Program-made: the position numbers and the translations under genes | Source of the DNA: Pecten maximus | Taxonomy: Eukaryota | DNA length: 64,000 bases | Reading direction: 5' to 3' | NCBI RefSeq assembly: GCF_902652985.1 | Contig: NC_047016.1 | Coordinates: forward strand, 46,562,001-46,626,000 | In this document: piece after piece, positions 48,401 through 61,604 of the stretch | Layout of the letters: each line of letters opens with the position of its first letter | How positions within the stretch are numbered: the stretch's first letter is position 1 | The notes under the pieces: model-generated | The model's database searches: none | What the model saw: only the letters and a program-made list of their open reading frames with translations | Told to the model about the DNA's origin: nothing

Positions 48401-51400
48401 ACAAGGAATATGAAATAATTCTAAATCGCATACATAATCATATCGGAAAAGATGTCGAGTGTTATGCTCACAAGTTTCTTTCCCACAAGATAGGAGCATT
48501 TGTTTGACCGGATTTTGTGTATGTATAACACTTGTTTTGACCTTGAAATGGCGGCTGTAAATAATATTGCACAAAATGGCATAAAAGAAGGCATTTAAAT
48601 CGATAAAGATGCTCCTATTTAATACTTTTAAGACATCCAATCTTGGTAAGAAAGATCTTTTTAAGACAAATTGTTTAACTGGTAGGTTTGGGCCTTTAAA
48701 TATGTATCCATTACCCCAAACTCAACAGTTTTAACATTTTTTTTTCAAAAAAGACTCCTTGCTATGTCTTTATTGTGTCTAATAAGAGCAGTTTTGACGT
48801 TCGACATGCCTCCTTAAATGCCTTATTTGTGTGATATTATTCACGACCACCATTTGCATTTCTTGGTCAAAATAGAATGTATTTATTATAAAATCAAATT
48901 TGGGTCAAACTAATGCTCCTATTTCGTGCTTTAGAAACTTGTGAGCAAAATGACATGGCTATTTATGCAATATATTTGATACAATAGCCCTGAAACATGC
49001 ATTTTTCGCGCATGTGTAGTTGGAATTTACAAGCAGCTAAAATAACATCAACAGCATAGTTCGAATCGATAGGCTTCGAGAATATTTGTTCAATTCGACT
49101 CAATTTGCTGTTGAAACAACCCCATAAGTGTTGGATTTGATAGGTAAATAATCTTGACCAGGTAATTCATTCAATATAAACGAGCAAAGCAATCACTTTT
49201 AGACTTTTAATGTATAGCTACCAATGTATAGACAAATTACATATAAAAATGATTTTTAATTTTAATGTGCATGAATTTATGATGGGTGGGTACACACACA
49301 TGGGAATCTCTAATAACCAGGTATGTATTCCCAAAAACACCACTAGAGTTATGGTGATCAAGTATTGATTGTTGAAGAAAACAACAATATTTTCTGACAG
49401 TTTTGGTATTCGCATATAGAAACTTCCATTGTCATTGATAAGTTTAAAATAATAAAACCCGGTTTGGGCATTTGCAGTGTACACTTTCTAGACCACAGTT
49501 GGATATCAAAATTAATTTGGATACAAGAACTTTGAATGTTTTTAGGCAAAAATGCTGAATAAGTACACCTTGCTACAATAGCATAGTGACTATGATGGAT
49601 GAACATTGTATTACACCTCTACTTAATGACCCTATGTCATAAAAATATTGGAAAACATGATACCATACAAAAAAAAGCTTCAATACTACGAGTGGCAACT
49701 TCCTATTCACCTTCAGGGTAAACAATTCTATTGCCAAACATAAGTATTCTATATAATTCACTGTCACAACCATATATATTTCCTATACATGTAACCTAGA
49801 GTGGTCAGATGACCACCTAACAAATATACCAGTGATATGGCAAACGGAAAGTATCGTTTACCAACAATTTAGAAAGATACATTTACATGGTACAAAATCA
49901 ATCTTTTACTATGTACATCATATCTGATGTGCTTACATAATAACAGGTTTCACATACATGTACATGCATGGTATTGTCTTCTCAAAAACATTTAAGTTTT
50001 CCCCAGACAGCAGAAAGATGTTTAACAGCCTCCAATTTAATTGCATGTATTTTTCACTGAATTCATTGAACAGTATTCGGCTGCAAAAATTTAATTGTGC
50101 GGAAAAAGGGGGGGGGGGGCTTATTTGAAGAGAGATATTGTATAGGACGCATCAAGATGAAAAATAATCCTTGTCTGTTCAGCACCATCATGCTCAACAG
50201 TCTGCATGCATTGCTCTGAAAAGCCTATTTGGTAATAAATCTGTACACGTAAAATCTTTCAAATAAAAAGTAGTGTAAAAAAAGTATAAAATCATTGCTT
50301 AAAACTTGGTAACATTTCATAAGTGGTTCCACACCAATTGGCCTTGTATATATTTTCTTGCTTTTATTTAAAAAAAAAACCTTTCATACTGTTCATATAT
50401 ATGAATGCCCAATAATATTGGATCAATATTATTGATACTCCATATTTGGTAGGGAAGGTAAGGTCGCATGTCAATCATTGAATCTGTTTGAACAATTCCA
50501 TCAACTGTGTAATCTATTGAAAGATGGACAATATCTACATTTCATGTATAGCAGAACCTAGTTACCTTTTGGATTTCAAAATATGAGGTACACTTTAATT
50601 AAATTTGACAGTTATACATAAGAACCATGAAGACTAAATGACTACACAGGATTCCCAAAGGTATTTTGTCACTCGTTGCCTAAGGTTTAATATATGAAAA
50701 AATTCCCTACCTTGGGAGACGGGTGATGGAGAAATCTTCAACCTTTGCGGTGACATTCTTGGTTGTCTAACCTTAGGCTTTAGCTAGGATTACACAACCA
50801 AGAATATCACCAGAGGGTTGGGAATTCTTCGTCGCACTCAAAGGAAGGGGAAGATTCTATCAGACCATTACGTTTGTCTGACAAATCGCAATAACAAAAA
50901 CTTAACGATGGATGGACCACAGAAAAAGGAAGCTATTTGAAAAGATGACCATCAGAAGAAGAATGAAAGGACAATTTTTTTCTATACTGTCTGTTATAGA
51001 GTATGTATATATACATTATTTATCTACAAAATCTGATATCCCATGGATTGATACCAATATAACATCAATATTTAGGGAATTTATGAAATCATGAATTCAA
51101 ACCAGAAATATCGATCATTAGAAGTCCCTAATGTTTTGGAGAAATAACTGCACTTTCATTAGATGCCAAACAAAGTAATGACAGTTCTTTTTGAAAGGAA
51201 GGATTTATAATTTTGGACAACATAATCACTTTGTAAAACAGTTTCACATTCATTGCTGCTTGTAAAAAGCACATAGAATGTACATGTATTAAAGTCACAA
51301 TAAAAAATTTCTAAAAGGTTTTTTTCTAGGAACACCAGAATTTTAAATATTTGCAAGGGTCATTTTCATTTATTGTTATTTCTATTTTGTGAGTAACGTA

Positions 51401-52059
51401 TTTTTGGAGCAATATATCTGGGAAATAAATTCCTTTCATTATTTAGAATGTAAAAATAATTTTCTTGTATGAGCTCTCGACTGAATACAAATGAGGAGAA
51501 AAAGTTCTGAATTACATTGTACCTGGAATATTAGATTGGATAATGAAAAATTTCTGCTCTTCTATTGAAAAATTTAGATTCTAAAAGCATTCAAGTTGTG
51601 CATGCTCTTCTTAAAGTATACATGCACATTTCAAACTGGTGATAACAGATATCCCTTTATCAATATTATTGATATGAATCAATGATATGACATTTTGTAG
51701 ATAAACACTAAAACTGTTAAACGGTAACTATCTATTCTATCAACTATAAATTTCGGTGTTAAAACACGACCTAGATAAAAACATTTCATCTTTGCACAAT
51801 GTATCATAAATGCATGCAGATCTTGCAACATAATGCATGTTATTGTTTACATAGTTTCAGATCCTTTCATAAATTTTCATGTAGGTATTTAAATTAAATA
51901 TCACATGTACATATATTAACCTGGCCACTAACACTAGCATATTACATAAACTGTTGCATGCAAATACAGTCGCACATCCTCACATACACACAAAACTGGG
52001 TATTTACCGGTATTCTGATTCATTATCTTAACAAATATGAATGTAGCCATGTGTACACC

Positions 52060-53572
52060 TCCCTACCTGCTCAAGCAGGCATGTGCTTAAATATAATTGA
52101 TGTATACAATGCCAAGCTTTACAAAGAATAATGTGAACAAAAATGTTGGAGCAGGCATGTGCTCGCATCTACACAGTCAAGAACCCCAAATGTGGACCAA
52201 CATGCTCAAGTAGACATGTGCTCACACCTATACATACACAAGCTTTCCAGATGTAAACAATCGTGCTAAAGTAGGAAGGAACTAGCATCTATACCTATAA
52301 TTGCTACCCATGTGAACCAATATGCTTACCTAGACATGTATTCACATCTATACATAGCCAAATTTCCCAGATGTAAACGAACATGCTCAAGTATACATAT
52401 GTGTATCGCCTATACATGAGCAAGATTCCTAGATGTGAACCAAAATGCACAAGCAGGTATGTGTTAACAATAAACATGCTCAAACAGGCATGTGCTCACA
52501 GCTATACAAGCATGCTCAGTTAGAGGTGCTCGCACTATACATGGGCAAGCTTCCCAGATTTGAACCAGAATGCTCAAGTAGGCATATGCTCCATCTAAAC
52601 CTATAAAAAATAACCCATGTGAACCAATGTGCTAAAGCAGGCATGTGCTCACATCTATACAAATAAGCTTATGTAGACATGTGTTCACATCTATACAAAT
52701 AAGCTCATGTAGACATGTGCTCACATCTATTCATAGATAGGCTACCAAAATATGAACCAAAATGCTTAATTATATAAGTAGACATGTGCTCACAGCAATG
52801 CAAACATGCTCAATAAAGCATATGCTTGCATCTATTCATACCCAAGTTACCAAGATGTGAACAAACATGCTCAAGTAGGCATGTGCTCACATCTGTACAT
52901 AGATGAGCTTTCCAAATATTAACCAAAATGCTCAAGTAGGCATGTATTCACATATATACAAGCATGCTCAGTTAGACGTGTGCTCACATATCTATACACA
53001 AGACAAGCTTTCCAGCTGTGTTGTGAACCAAAATGCTCAGGCAAACATGTGCTCACATCTATACCTACCCAAGTTTCCTAGATGGGAACCAAAACGCTCA
53101 AGCAAACGCTGTTAACATGCTCAAGCAGGCATGTGCTCACATCTATAACTACCCAAGCTTTGTAGATGTGAACCAAAAGGCTCAAGCAAACACAGTTAAC
53201 ATGCTCAAGCAGGTATGTGCTCATATCTATAACTACCCAAGCCTCATAGATGTGAACCAAAATGCTCAACAGCATGTGCTCACAAAAACATGCTCAAGCA
53301 GCATGTGCTCACAAAAACATGCTCAACAGCATGTGCTCACACAAACATGCTCAACAGCATGTGCTCACACAAACATGCTCAACAGCATGTGCTCACAAAA
53401 ACATGCTCAACAGCATGTGCTCAAACAAACATGCTCAACAGCATGTGCTCACAAAAATATGCTCAACAGCATGTGCTCACACAAACATGCTTAACAGCAC
53501 GTGCTCACACAAACATACACAAGCAGGCATGTGCTCACATCTATATATACCCAGGCTACCCATGTGAACCAG
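52060..53572. repeat. Compound tandem repeat: degenerate ~60-bp units containing ATGCTCAAG..GCATGTGCTCACA, with a homogeneous 28-bp sub-array at about 53262-53520
   Basis: 28-bp unit acatgctcaacagcatgtgctcacacaa. The longer units add tctatac..ccaag..gatgtgaaccaa. Confidence 0.88.
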
Positions 53573-54577
53573 TATGATCATTAGCTGAAAAAATATTTAG
53601 GGTTTTAAATATTTAGTCTAAATATCTTGCGCATATGAAACAAATTTGTTTACAAACATGACCTGTGTGTATACCATGTTCATGATTATGTTGGTAAGCA
53701 ACAGTAAACAAAAGATCAAATCGACAAAGGAGAATTTACCAATTTGTTCAGGTGGCACAATTCAATTGTAAGTACAGTGCACTTCAATCGTTAATGCCAT
53801 GCCACTAGTTCCTAATTAATCTTACACAATAATTTAAGACTGAAACAATTTCAAATGGAAACAAAAAGTTTGTTGGTTTATTTGGAGGTTGTAGAACAGA
53901 AGGTGTAAAAAAATCAATATATTTACCACATATACGGTACATAAAAACATATACCCATTAATTAGCTTCAATCAACATAACAGCTTTACAGTAATTAACA
54001 TTATATATATAGTGTGTGTATCATCTATAAATTTGTAAAATACATAAGTGACTTGACTTCACATAATAAAACAAAAAAACATTGATAAGTGAATGGTTGA
54101 TCCTAAAAATGTATTTCAATATAACACTGCAGTGTATATAATACACATGAAAGAGTTCATAAACAACGATATAATATATATATAACAGCAGATATACAGA
54201 ACACTACCAGTATAATTTTCAATAATTGACAACATGAGTGCTATATGAAATAGCAGATATAAGTAACTTTTATCATTTTCGCTAGCCACAGGTTCTGTCC
54301 GTACATATACAACTGGAACTCTTGGTTAGCGAAGATAGAATAACATATTTCATAACAATACTGTGTCTTCAAATATCAATGCTCATCTTCCTTTTATTAC
54401 TATATTAAAAATTATTTTGTCGTTTAATTTTGATACCAATATTTCTATCATGAGGTACATATATATGTATCACCAATATGTGTTCTTATCATATCTTGTT
54501 AACAATGTCAGAATATAAAATGATGACTAAATACCATTTATATCAGGTGAGACTCGTAACACTCAGATTAAAAACAT

Positions 54578-55414
54578 AACAAGAGGCCCAAAGGTCCTGA
54601 ATCGCTCACCTGGCTATACGATGTGATTATGGCAAAAGTCACATTAAAAATTCTAGTTGTTTTTCCTGGTTTGGGATCTGCCATTCAACACTGTGCTTTT
54701 ATAGTCTTGTAAAAAGGCATGAAGTGAACATGTGCTTTCATATAAGGATGATAGAGACGAGATATGGAACTAGAATGATAGTAGTGGATGTATTGCCTGT
54801 TCTCATTCAAATTGAAAGGTTGCATTGTCAGTCCAGAGATTTCATGGTCACTATATGAAAAGCATTATGCTTTCTGTTGCTGGTTGGTTGGATGATAAAC
54901 ACCCATGCAACATCTGAGGTCATATGTGGATGGTACCATGACTTCATACTACTATTGCCTGTGGCATAACTCCAGCTATAGATGAAATTTGACATGAGGA
55001 TTGAACGCGAACTGAAATCCTTCTTTCATGTAAAAGTAATGTAGCAAGAGGAGTGAAGCCCCACAATTTATAACATTTTGAATTCCCATCACCTAGGTAT
55101 GCAACCAGTCAAATATGAGTGATATTCATCACATTCCAGAGAAGAATTAGTTTATAGCAATATAGCGCTAGCCAAATCATTCCCTTTTGGCCCCCACACC
55201 TCAGCCCCAACATTTGTAGCTTTTTGAATCCCAATTAAACACTTGCATGTACAGATGCTTCCAGTCAAATTAGGTTAAATTCCAATCAGTACTTAAGGGG
55301 AAGAAATTGTTTTTTAAATTGTTAACAGGCTGCACTGATGGACGGACAACAGACACCGCAGTATGGCATATAATTATATTAGCTCACCTTGTTCCTTCGG
55401 ATCAGGTGAGCTAA
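54578..55414 (+). mobile_element. Apparently complete pearl/Helentron-type non-autonomous element
   Basis: 5' end aacaagaggcccaaaggtcctgaatcgctcacctgg, microsatellite gatggacggacaacagac, and 3' hairpin tagctcacct..ccttcgg..aggtgagcta that is complementary to the 5' subterminal gctcacctg. Confidence 0.8.
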
Positions 55415-55518
55415 TAATTAAATTGAAACAATATTTAATGGAAATAAAGCATCTGGTTACTTGAAAACAGATATAGGTTTTTCTATTGGAGGACATTCTC
55501 ACATAACACAATCAAGCT

Positions 55519-56265
55519 AAGAGGCCCATGGGGCCTAAATAGGTCACCAGACAGGCACACCAAGTGATTCCCATGGACCTAATTAGCTCACCTAAATGCA
55601 GACACAAATTGATTACTACGGTGTCGGTATGAGACCAAAAGAAGTGATTTGATAGTGGGGGTCTTGATGAATCATTTTAAACACCAAAAGTTCTTGAATT
55701 TGAGTCCATTTTACCCCTCCTATGACAGGGGCTGCACCAATTTCATGATATAGAATACAAATGCATTGTCTTTATTTGATAAGTAATTAAGTGTGATCAT
55801 AATGATTCAAACCAATTAAAGCTTTTTGCCATCTGTTCTGGGATTTCTGTTGAGCAGGCCTAAGCTTTGAAGGGATTGCGTGCCTATTGTAAGCCAAACA
55901 CCTCTGATCCAATATCATGCTGCATTTAACTTAAATTATAACATTATGACAGGATGATTTCTCAAATTTGCCAGACCAAACGATAACAATCATTGCAAGA
56001 GTAAATTACTTAAAATGTCCTTTTTATTTTAAGCTTCCTAATTATTTTGAGCCCTTCATAGCAATAAACTCAACTTTTAGTAACTTCAGTTTTAATAACT
56101 GAATTTGATTCCCTGGTTCTGAAGATATATGATGGATAATTAATTTGAAATTATTTTGGTCATTCAGTTTTCTGTTAAAGAATATATAATATGACTTGGA
56201 ACTGACGGACGGACAATGGACAATGCAAGTGATGGCCCGAGTTCACTTTGGTGCTTCAGCCAAAA
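55519..56265 (+). mobile_element. Degenerate related Helentron-like element
   Basis: 5' motif aagaggcccatggggcctaaataggtcacc, gacggacggaca microsatellite near 56204, and a decayed 3' end. Confidence 0.5.
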
Positions 56266-56384
56266 ATTAAAATTTAGGATGACTTAATGGTACAAGCCAA
56301 TAAATATGGTTGACCAACTCCTGTACAATGTGATACCACTCTGTGAATGTATATAGATGATTGCTCTTCTTGAACTACAGCTGC

Positions 56385-58556
56385 TTATTGATGGCCGTTT
56401 GAGAATCCGTCATGCCGCTTGGTGTGGGTGACCAGAGAGGACCTCTGACTAAACGAACGGTTACAGATATTACATTTGTACGGCCGCTCGCCGGTATGTG
56501 TGCGTATGTGTGCCTGAAGATACAGCCTGACTGAGAATGCCTTTGTACACATGCTGCACTGATAAGGCTTCTCGCCTGTATGGATACGATTGTGCACTTT
56601 AAGTGTGGACCTTTGGGAGAATGATTTGAAACAGATGTGACAGGAGAAAGGTCTTTCCCCAGTGTGTGTCCTCATGTGTGACTTGAGATAGTGAACCATT
56701 TTAAAGCCTTTTCCACACACGTTGCACACGTTATGTTTGTTTTTATCCTCTTCTTCTTCTGTGCTTTGCTCCACATTTTTCCACCTCTTCTGTATAGCTG
56801 ATGTGGTGCTCTGGTTACAGATATTTAGGTGAAGCTGCAGGTGAACTGGATGAGCAAACTGTGCGAGACACTGATAGCATGAAAACATTCCCGGCTGGTG
56901 ACTTTCAGCTGTATGTGCTGCCAGTTTCTGCTTGGTGGGGAATCCTTCCTGACAAATATTACACTTATGGATATTTTTATGAACCTGCAGATGGCGAGTG
57001 AGATCCTGCTTCCTGCGGAACGCTCCATCACATACTGAACACTGGAATGGATAGTTAGCTCTTTCATTGTTCGATGCGTTTGTATCTAACACTGTGCTTG
57101 ACTTATGTTGAGGTTGCTGCGTATTAAAGTCAGTATTATTGCAACTAGTACCAAGTCCTAGATTGTTCTGTTGAAAGTCCATCCCTGTGGAACTAGAGTT
57201 CACCGTGCTATGTACATACTTCTCGTGCAGTCTTAATTGTGTAACAGTGTTTGCAGAAAAGCTACATTCTCTGCATTTAAACGTCTGATTTATGTGAGAT
57301 TTTTTGTGGAGAGACAGACCAAAATTATTTGCACACATGATACCACAGACATCACAGGAGACAGGTCCATCAATGTTCTGTCGTACCTTCCCACTCTGAC
57401 CACTGATGTTGTTAGCGGCCATCATGGTCTCATGAAAGCCTTGGTATGTGGTGGGAAACATAGGTTGAGTGTTTGTGAGGGCTAACATTTCGGGACCAGA
57501 CTGCGGTAACGGAACACTACTTTCTGTAGTTCGCTGTGCTACTGCTGCAGCAGCTGCCACAAGTCCTAAACCATTCACATTTATACTAGAATATTCAGGT
57601 ATATCTGGCTTTGAATGTTGTGATTTGTCCGTTTTCTTCTTCTTTTTCTTCCCCTGATATTCTTCATCATTGTGATCAATGTCTTTTCTATTTTTAGGTC
57701 TTATCCCTGTCATCATGGCCATTGATGGCAAGATGGTTCCCCATGAATTGGTTATCTCCCCTGGTTTCATACTGCTATTACCGTTGTCTGCCTTATCTTC
57801 ATAGGAATCTGAATCAATGCACGCAGATCCAGCTTGTGAGCTTGTCTGTAAGTTTTGTGAAAGCATATTCACTTGGCTTACATTCTCATTCCCCTCCGGA
57901 TTAACTTGGCTTGTGGAAGTCAAAGATTTGTTCTGATTTTCACTTGTTAAATCATAACCCATTTGCTGTTTAAAAATCTGAAACATCTTTTCTTCAATGA
58001 GAGTGCTTCTACTTGGGCCAGATTGTCCATCATTATTATTACTGGATTGCAATTGTTCAAAATAAGACGTAAACTGAGGATCGGCTCTTAATGTCTTCTG
58101 AAAAGCAAGACTAGGATCTACCAAAGGAAGTGGTTCAGGGGCTTTATTGTTGTGAACACCAAACATCACATCTGCTGGAAGGTTCTGTCCATCAAGGTTC
58201 AAATTTTGACCATGGCTCATCACAGAGGTAGTTTGAGGCCTTGAACTTGAAACAGACCCTGGGATTCCACTCCCATGCGGTTTCATCCCAGACATGACTG
58301 CCAGAGTGCTGGGAACAAGATGTTGATTCAAGAATCCCGGTTGGTTTGTTGCTGGAGAGTTATTTCCATTGTGACTATAGTGACAGTTTTGTGTGTTTGG
58401 TGAAGGTGTTTGGCCTCCATTTGATGAAGCTTTAATGCTTAAACTGGAAGTTACTGGACTTGATGGGTTTGAAACTGGTGTTGTAGAATTTCCATGATGT
58501 TGTGGATGCTGTAATGTTGGTGAATATCCAGAATTCTGATATGCAGTACCTTCCAT
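56385..58556 (-). CDS. C2H2 zinc-finger transcription factor, 723 aa, single coding exon
   Basis: Nine fingers in clusters of 2+3+4, one of them C2HC. The last four are joined by TGE(R/K)P linkers. S/N/Q-rich N-terminus and KKKKKK NLS-like run. In-frame TAG just upstream of the ATG; splice acceptor at 58619-58620. Confidence 0.93.
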   Translation of the reverse strand: MEGTAYQNSGYSPTLQHPQHHGNSTTPVSNPSSPVTSSLSIKASSNGGQTPSPNTQNCHYSHNGNNSPATNQPGFLNQHLVPSTLAVMSGMKPHGSGIPGSVSSSRPQTTSVMSHGQNLNLDGQNLPADVMFGVHNNKAPEPLPLVDPSLAFQKTLRADPQFTSYFEQLQSSNNNDGQSGPSRSTLIEEKMFQIFKQQMGYDLTSENQNKSLTSTSQVNPEGNENVSQVNMLSQNLQTSSQAGSACIDSDSYEDKADNGNSSMKPGEITNSWGTILPSMAMMTGIRPKNRKDIDHNDEEYQGKKKKKKTDKSQHSKPDIPEYSSINVNGLGLVAAAAAVAQRTTESSVPLPQSGPEMLALTNTQPMFPTTYQGFHETMMAANNISGQSGKVRQNIDGPVSCDVCGIMCANNFGLSLHKKSHINQTFKCRECSFSANTVTQLRLHEKYVHSTVNSSSTGMDFQQNNLGLGTSCNNTDFNTQQPQHKSSTVLDTNASNNERANYPFQCSVCDGAFRRKQDLTRHLQVHKNIHKCNICQEGFPTKQKLAAHTAESHQPGMFSCYQCLAQFAHPVHLQLHLNICNQSTTSAIQKRWKNVEQSTEEEEDKNKHNVCNVCGKGFKMVHYLKSHMRTHTGERPFSCHICFKSFSQRSTLKVHNRIHTGEKPYQCSMCTKAFSVRLYLQAHIRTHTGERPYKCNICNRSFSQRSSLVTHTKRHDGFSNGHQ

Positions 58557-59096
58557 CTTCTAGAGTCACTTTATATTTGAAGTTACATGGATCAGAACAG
58601 CAACATCTTGGTCTTCCTCTGAAAATAGAAAAAAAATTGTATCTTTTTAAAAACTTAAACAAGAGGCCCAGTGTCACAGTAGCTATGATTGTTCAAACAT
58701 ACTGTCACAAGGAGTGCATGTAAAAGTGATATATTGACTCTTCAATAACACAGGCTCAAAAACAGGTGGCAAGAGATGATTGATAGGTTAATTGTCTCGC
58801 CACTAATATAATGGCATGTGTTTCCTTCAACACTCAGTAAGAATTGGTCATCTGATATTTTTCTGATGCATGAACAGTAATTTGTTCTAAAAATGCATGT
58901 CCCCTACTGGCTGTCGCAAAAAACAGTAACAGTGACATTGACCCCAAAACCAAAGTTATGGTCCTTTATGACTGTGATTGAAATCCCTCAAGGAACGAAG
59001 CCGGTGGAGCACTGATCAAACTTTGACATTACATACATAAGTACAAGACGAACAGAGAGGAAACCTTTTTTCGACCCCTGGTTTCACCAGTAGGGG

Positions 59097-60348
59097 TATG
59101 GCAAGCCGTTTGGGTTTTTACCTATTGAAATGAAGATATCTCTATTTAATTAAAGATATCTCTATTTAAAATGAAGATATCTCTATTTAATTAGAGATAT
59201 CTGTAATTTAAATAAAGATATCTCTATTTAAATAAAGATGTCTAATTTAAATACAGATATCTCTATTTCTACTGAAAATAGAGATATCTTCTTTTAAATT
59301 ACAGATATCTCTATTTCAAATTCAGATATCTCTATTTGAATTACAGATATCTTTAATTGCAATTGAGATATCTTCATTTTAAATATCTTTAATTCTTGTC
59401 CAATTAAAGATATCTTTATTTAAAATAGAGATATCTCTATTTGAATTAAAGATATCCCTATTTTAAATAGAGATATCTTTAATTTTGTTTAAATAGAGAT
59501 GTCTTCATTTTAAATACAGATATCTCTAATTCAAATACAGATATCTCTAATTCAATTAAAGATATCTCTATTTTAAATATCTGTATTTACACGTGTTTGC
59601 TCAGTGCGAAGATTAATATTGAAACACAAAGAAAATAATGATTACTCCCTAATCCTGATCAGTGTTAACGAAACGCTTGTAATTAAATTGGACTATCCGG
59701 ATCCCATATGCATGCATGAGAGATGTAGGTCTAAACCGATAAACTTGCTACTTGGAGGGGATTTCTAAAGAACAGAACATGGCAACTGTTCTACGGTAAA
59801 TATAGCGAACTGTTGCGGTTATACGCAGTACCATTGAAAGCAGCCCGCCATTTTGCGTCACTACTGCTTTACTTCCGTCATGCGCAAAAGGGAGAATCAA
59901 GGGAGCAGTCGTTTTTTCCTATTTGATGGTTAAATACAGATGGCCAGATTACTTCTGTCATGCACAAAAGGGAGAATCAAGGGAGCAGTCGTTTTTCCTA
60001 TTTGATGGTTAAATACAGATATCTCTATTTCATGTCAAATAAAGATATCTTTAATTCAAATAGAGATAACTCTATTTCTACTGAAAATAGAGATATCTTC
60101 TTTTAAATTACAGATATCTCTATTTCAAATTCAGATATCTCTATTTGAATTACAGATATCTTTAATTGTAATTGAAATATCTTTATTTTAAATATCTTTA
60201 ATTCTTGTCCAATTAAAGATATCTTTATTTAAAATAGAGATCTCTCTATTTGAATTAGATATCTTTAATTTTTATATTAATAATGATATCTTTATTTTGA
60301 ATACAGATATCTGTATTTAATAGGTAAAAACCCAAACGGCTTGCCATA
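59097..60348. mobile_element. 1.25-kb foldback non-autonomous DNA transposon with TATGG...CCATA termini (IS3EU-like) and a 7-bp TSD
   Basis: Perfect 30-bp-scale TIR tatggcaagccgtttgggtttttacctatt / aataggtaaaaacccaaacggcttgccata. TSD gtagggg at 59090-59096 and 60349-60355. Arms are AGATATCTCTATTT repeats around a core at about 59590-60010. Confidence 0.9.
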
Positions 60349-61604
60349 GTAGGGGACTGATAACATCTTACACTGTATTTATAATTTCAAACCAATTTGT
60401 ATTTCACAACTTATATCACATTTTTGTGTAGTTTCATATTCCCATTTACCAGCTATCTGTAGTTTCGCATTAAATTATATTTAGAGTCTTCATCACACAG
60501 ATTCACTCATCCATTGTCTGCATTATCTAACCTTATATGCATACTTATCTTCTTAATTCAATTATCATAAAAAAGTTTCTTTCATTAATATAGGTCTCTG
60601 GTATTATATTTCGAGTCTATTAATTTATGCATATTCAATCATTATTATGCCTGTGATTTTTGACGATTTGTACGAAATCAAACACTTGTCGCCATAAATT
60701 CGGAGTCAGATGTTTCTATTTTGGGTTGACTTTGTCATCGGCTTTCGGAAAAAATAATCCTGGCCATCGGCATGACCGCTGGACATTGACTTAATTCAAG
60801 ATTCATCAGGCTTATAGCTAGGCAAGCTATTTACAGTATCGAGTTAAACTCTCCTTTTAATGCAGTATAAAACTTATGTATCATCCCATGCGTCCATTTC
60901 TAGATAGAATATATTTCACATTAGATTTACTCCCAACCAAGTTCACAAGTGTAAACAGGGCCAGTGAAAACCCTGTGAAATATTTTGACAAAAATGTCAT
61001 TCAGATTCCCACATCCGAATTACCACATGCAATCATAATAATAAGACTGACTTCAGGGTCTCTATCGGAATTTTCCATAATTGAGACCATTTATGATTAC
61101 AAATATATTAACAAAATATGACAAACCTACCATCACTACGCCGGTAATATGTTTTTTATGGCATATCCATTTCTAATAATTTTCGTTTGTTCGTCTGCGG
61201 AAGGTAAAATTCTCAACTTCCGTGCAGGAGAGTTCTACATAAATTGTATGTAAGAGTTATGTCCCTTCGAATAATATTCCTCACAATTTAGCTTACTACA
61301 GTAGATACGTATTCATTAATTTTTTCTATCTTCCCTTTGGGCTTTTATTGTGTATACAGATCCAATATTTTTGACTGATTAAATATGGCAAACACGTGCC
61401 CATTTTAGAATGCAACAGAACGGTTTTTTTTTTGGTTTTTGTTTTGTTTATTTAATTACTAATTACTAATTAATTAATTATTTAATTAATCATACATGTA
61501 GAATGCATTTGCACACTACTGTAAACATGTCACGGATATTTCTCAAATTTCATATACGTCCTGCTTGTTTTTCTTTGGTTTTCTTTGGTATTTTGGACAA
61601 ATTA

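Noticed and set aside
53033-53577. Cys/His-rich ORFs resembling metal-binding proteins
   Set aside because: All three frames give the same permuted peptide from a 28-bp repeat.
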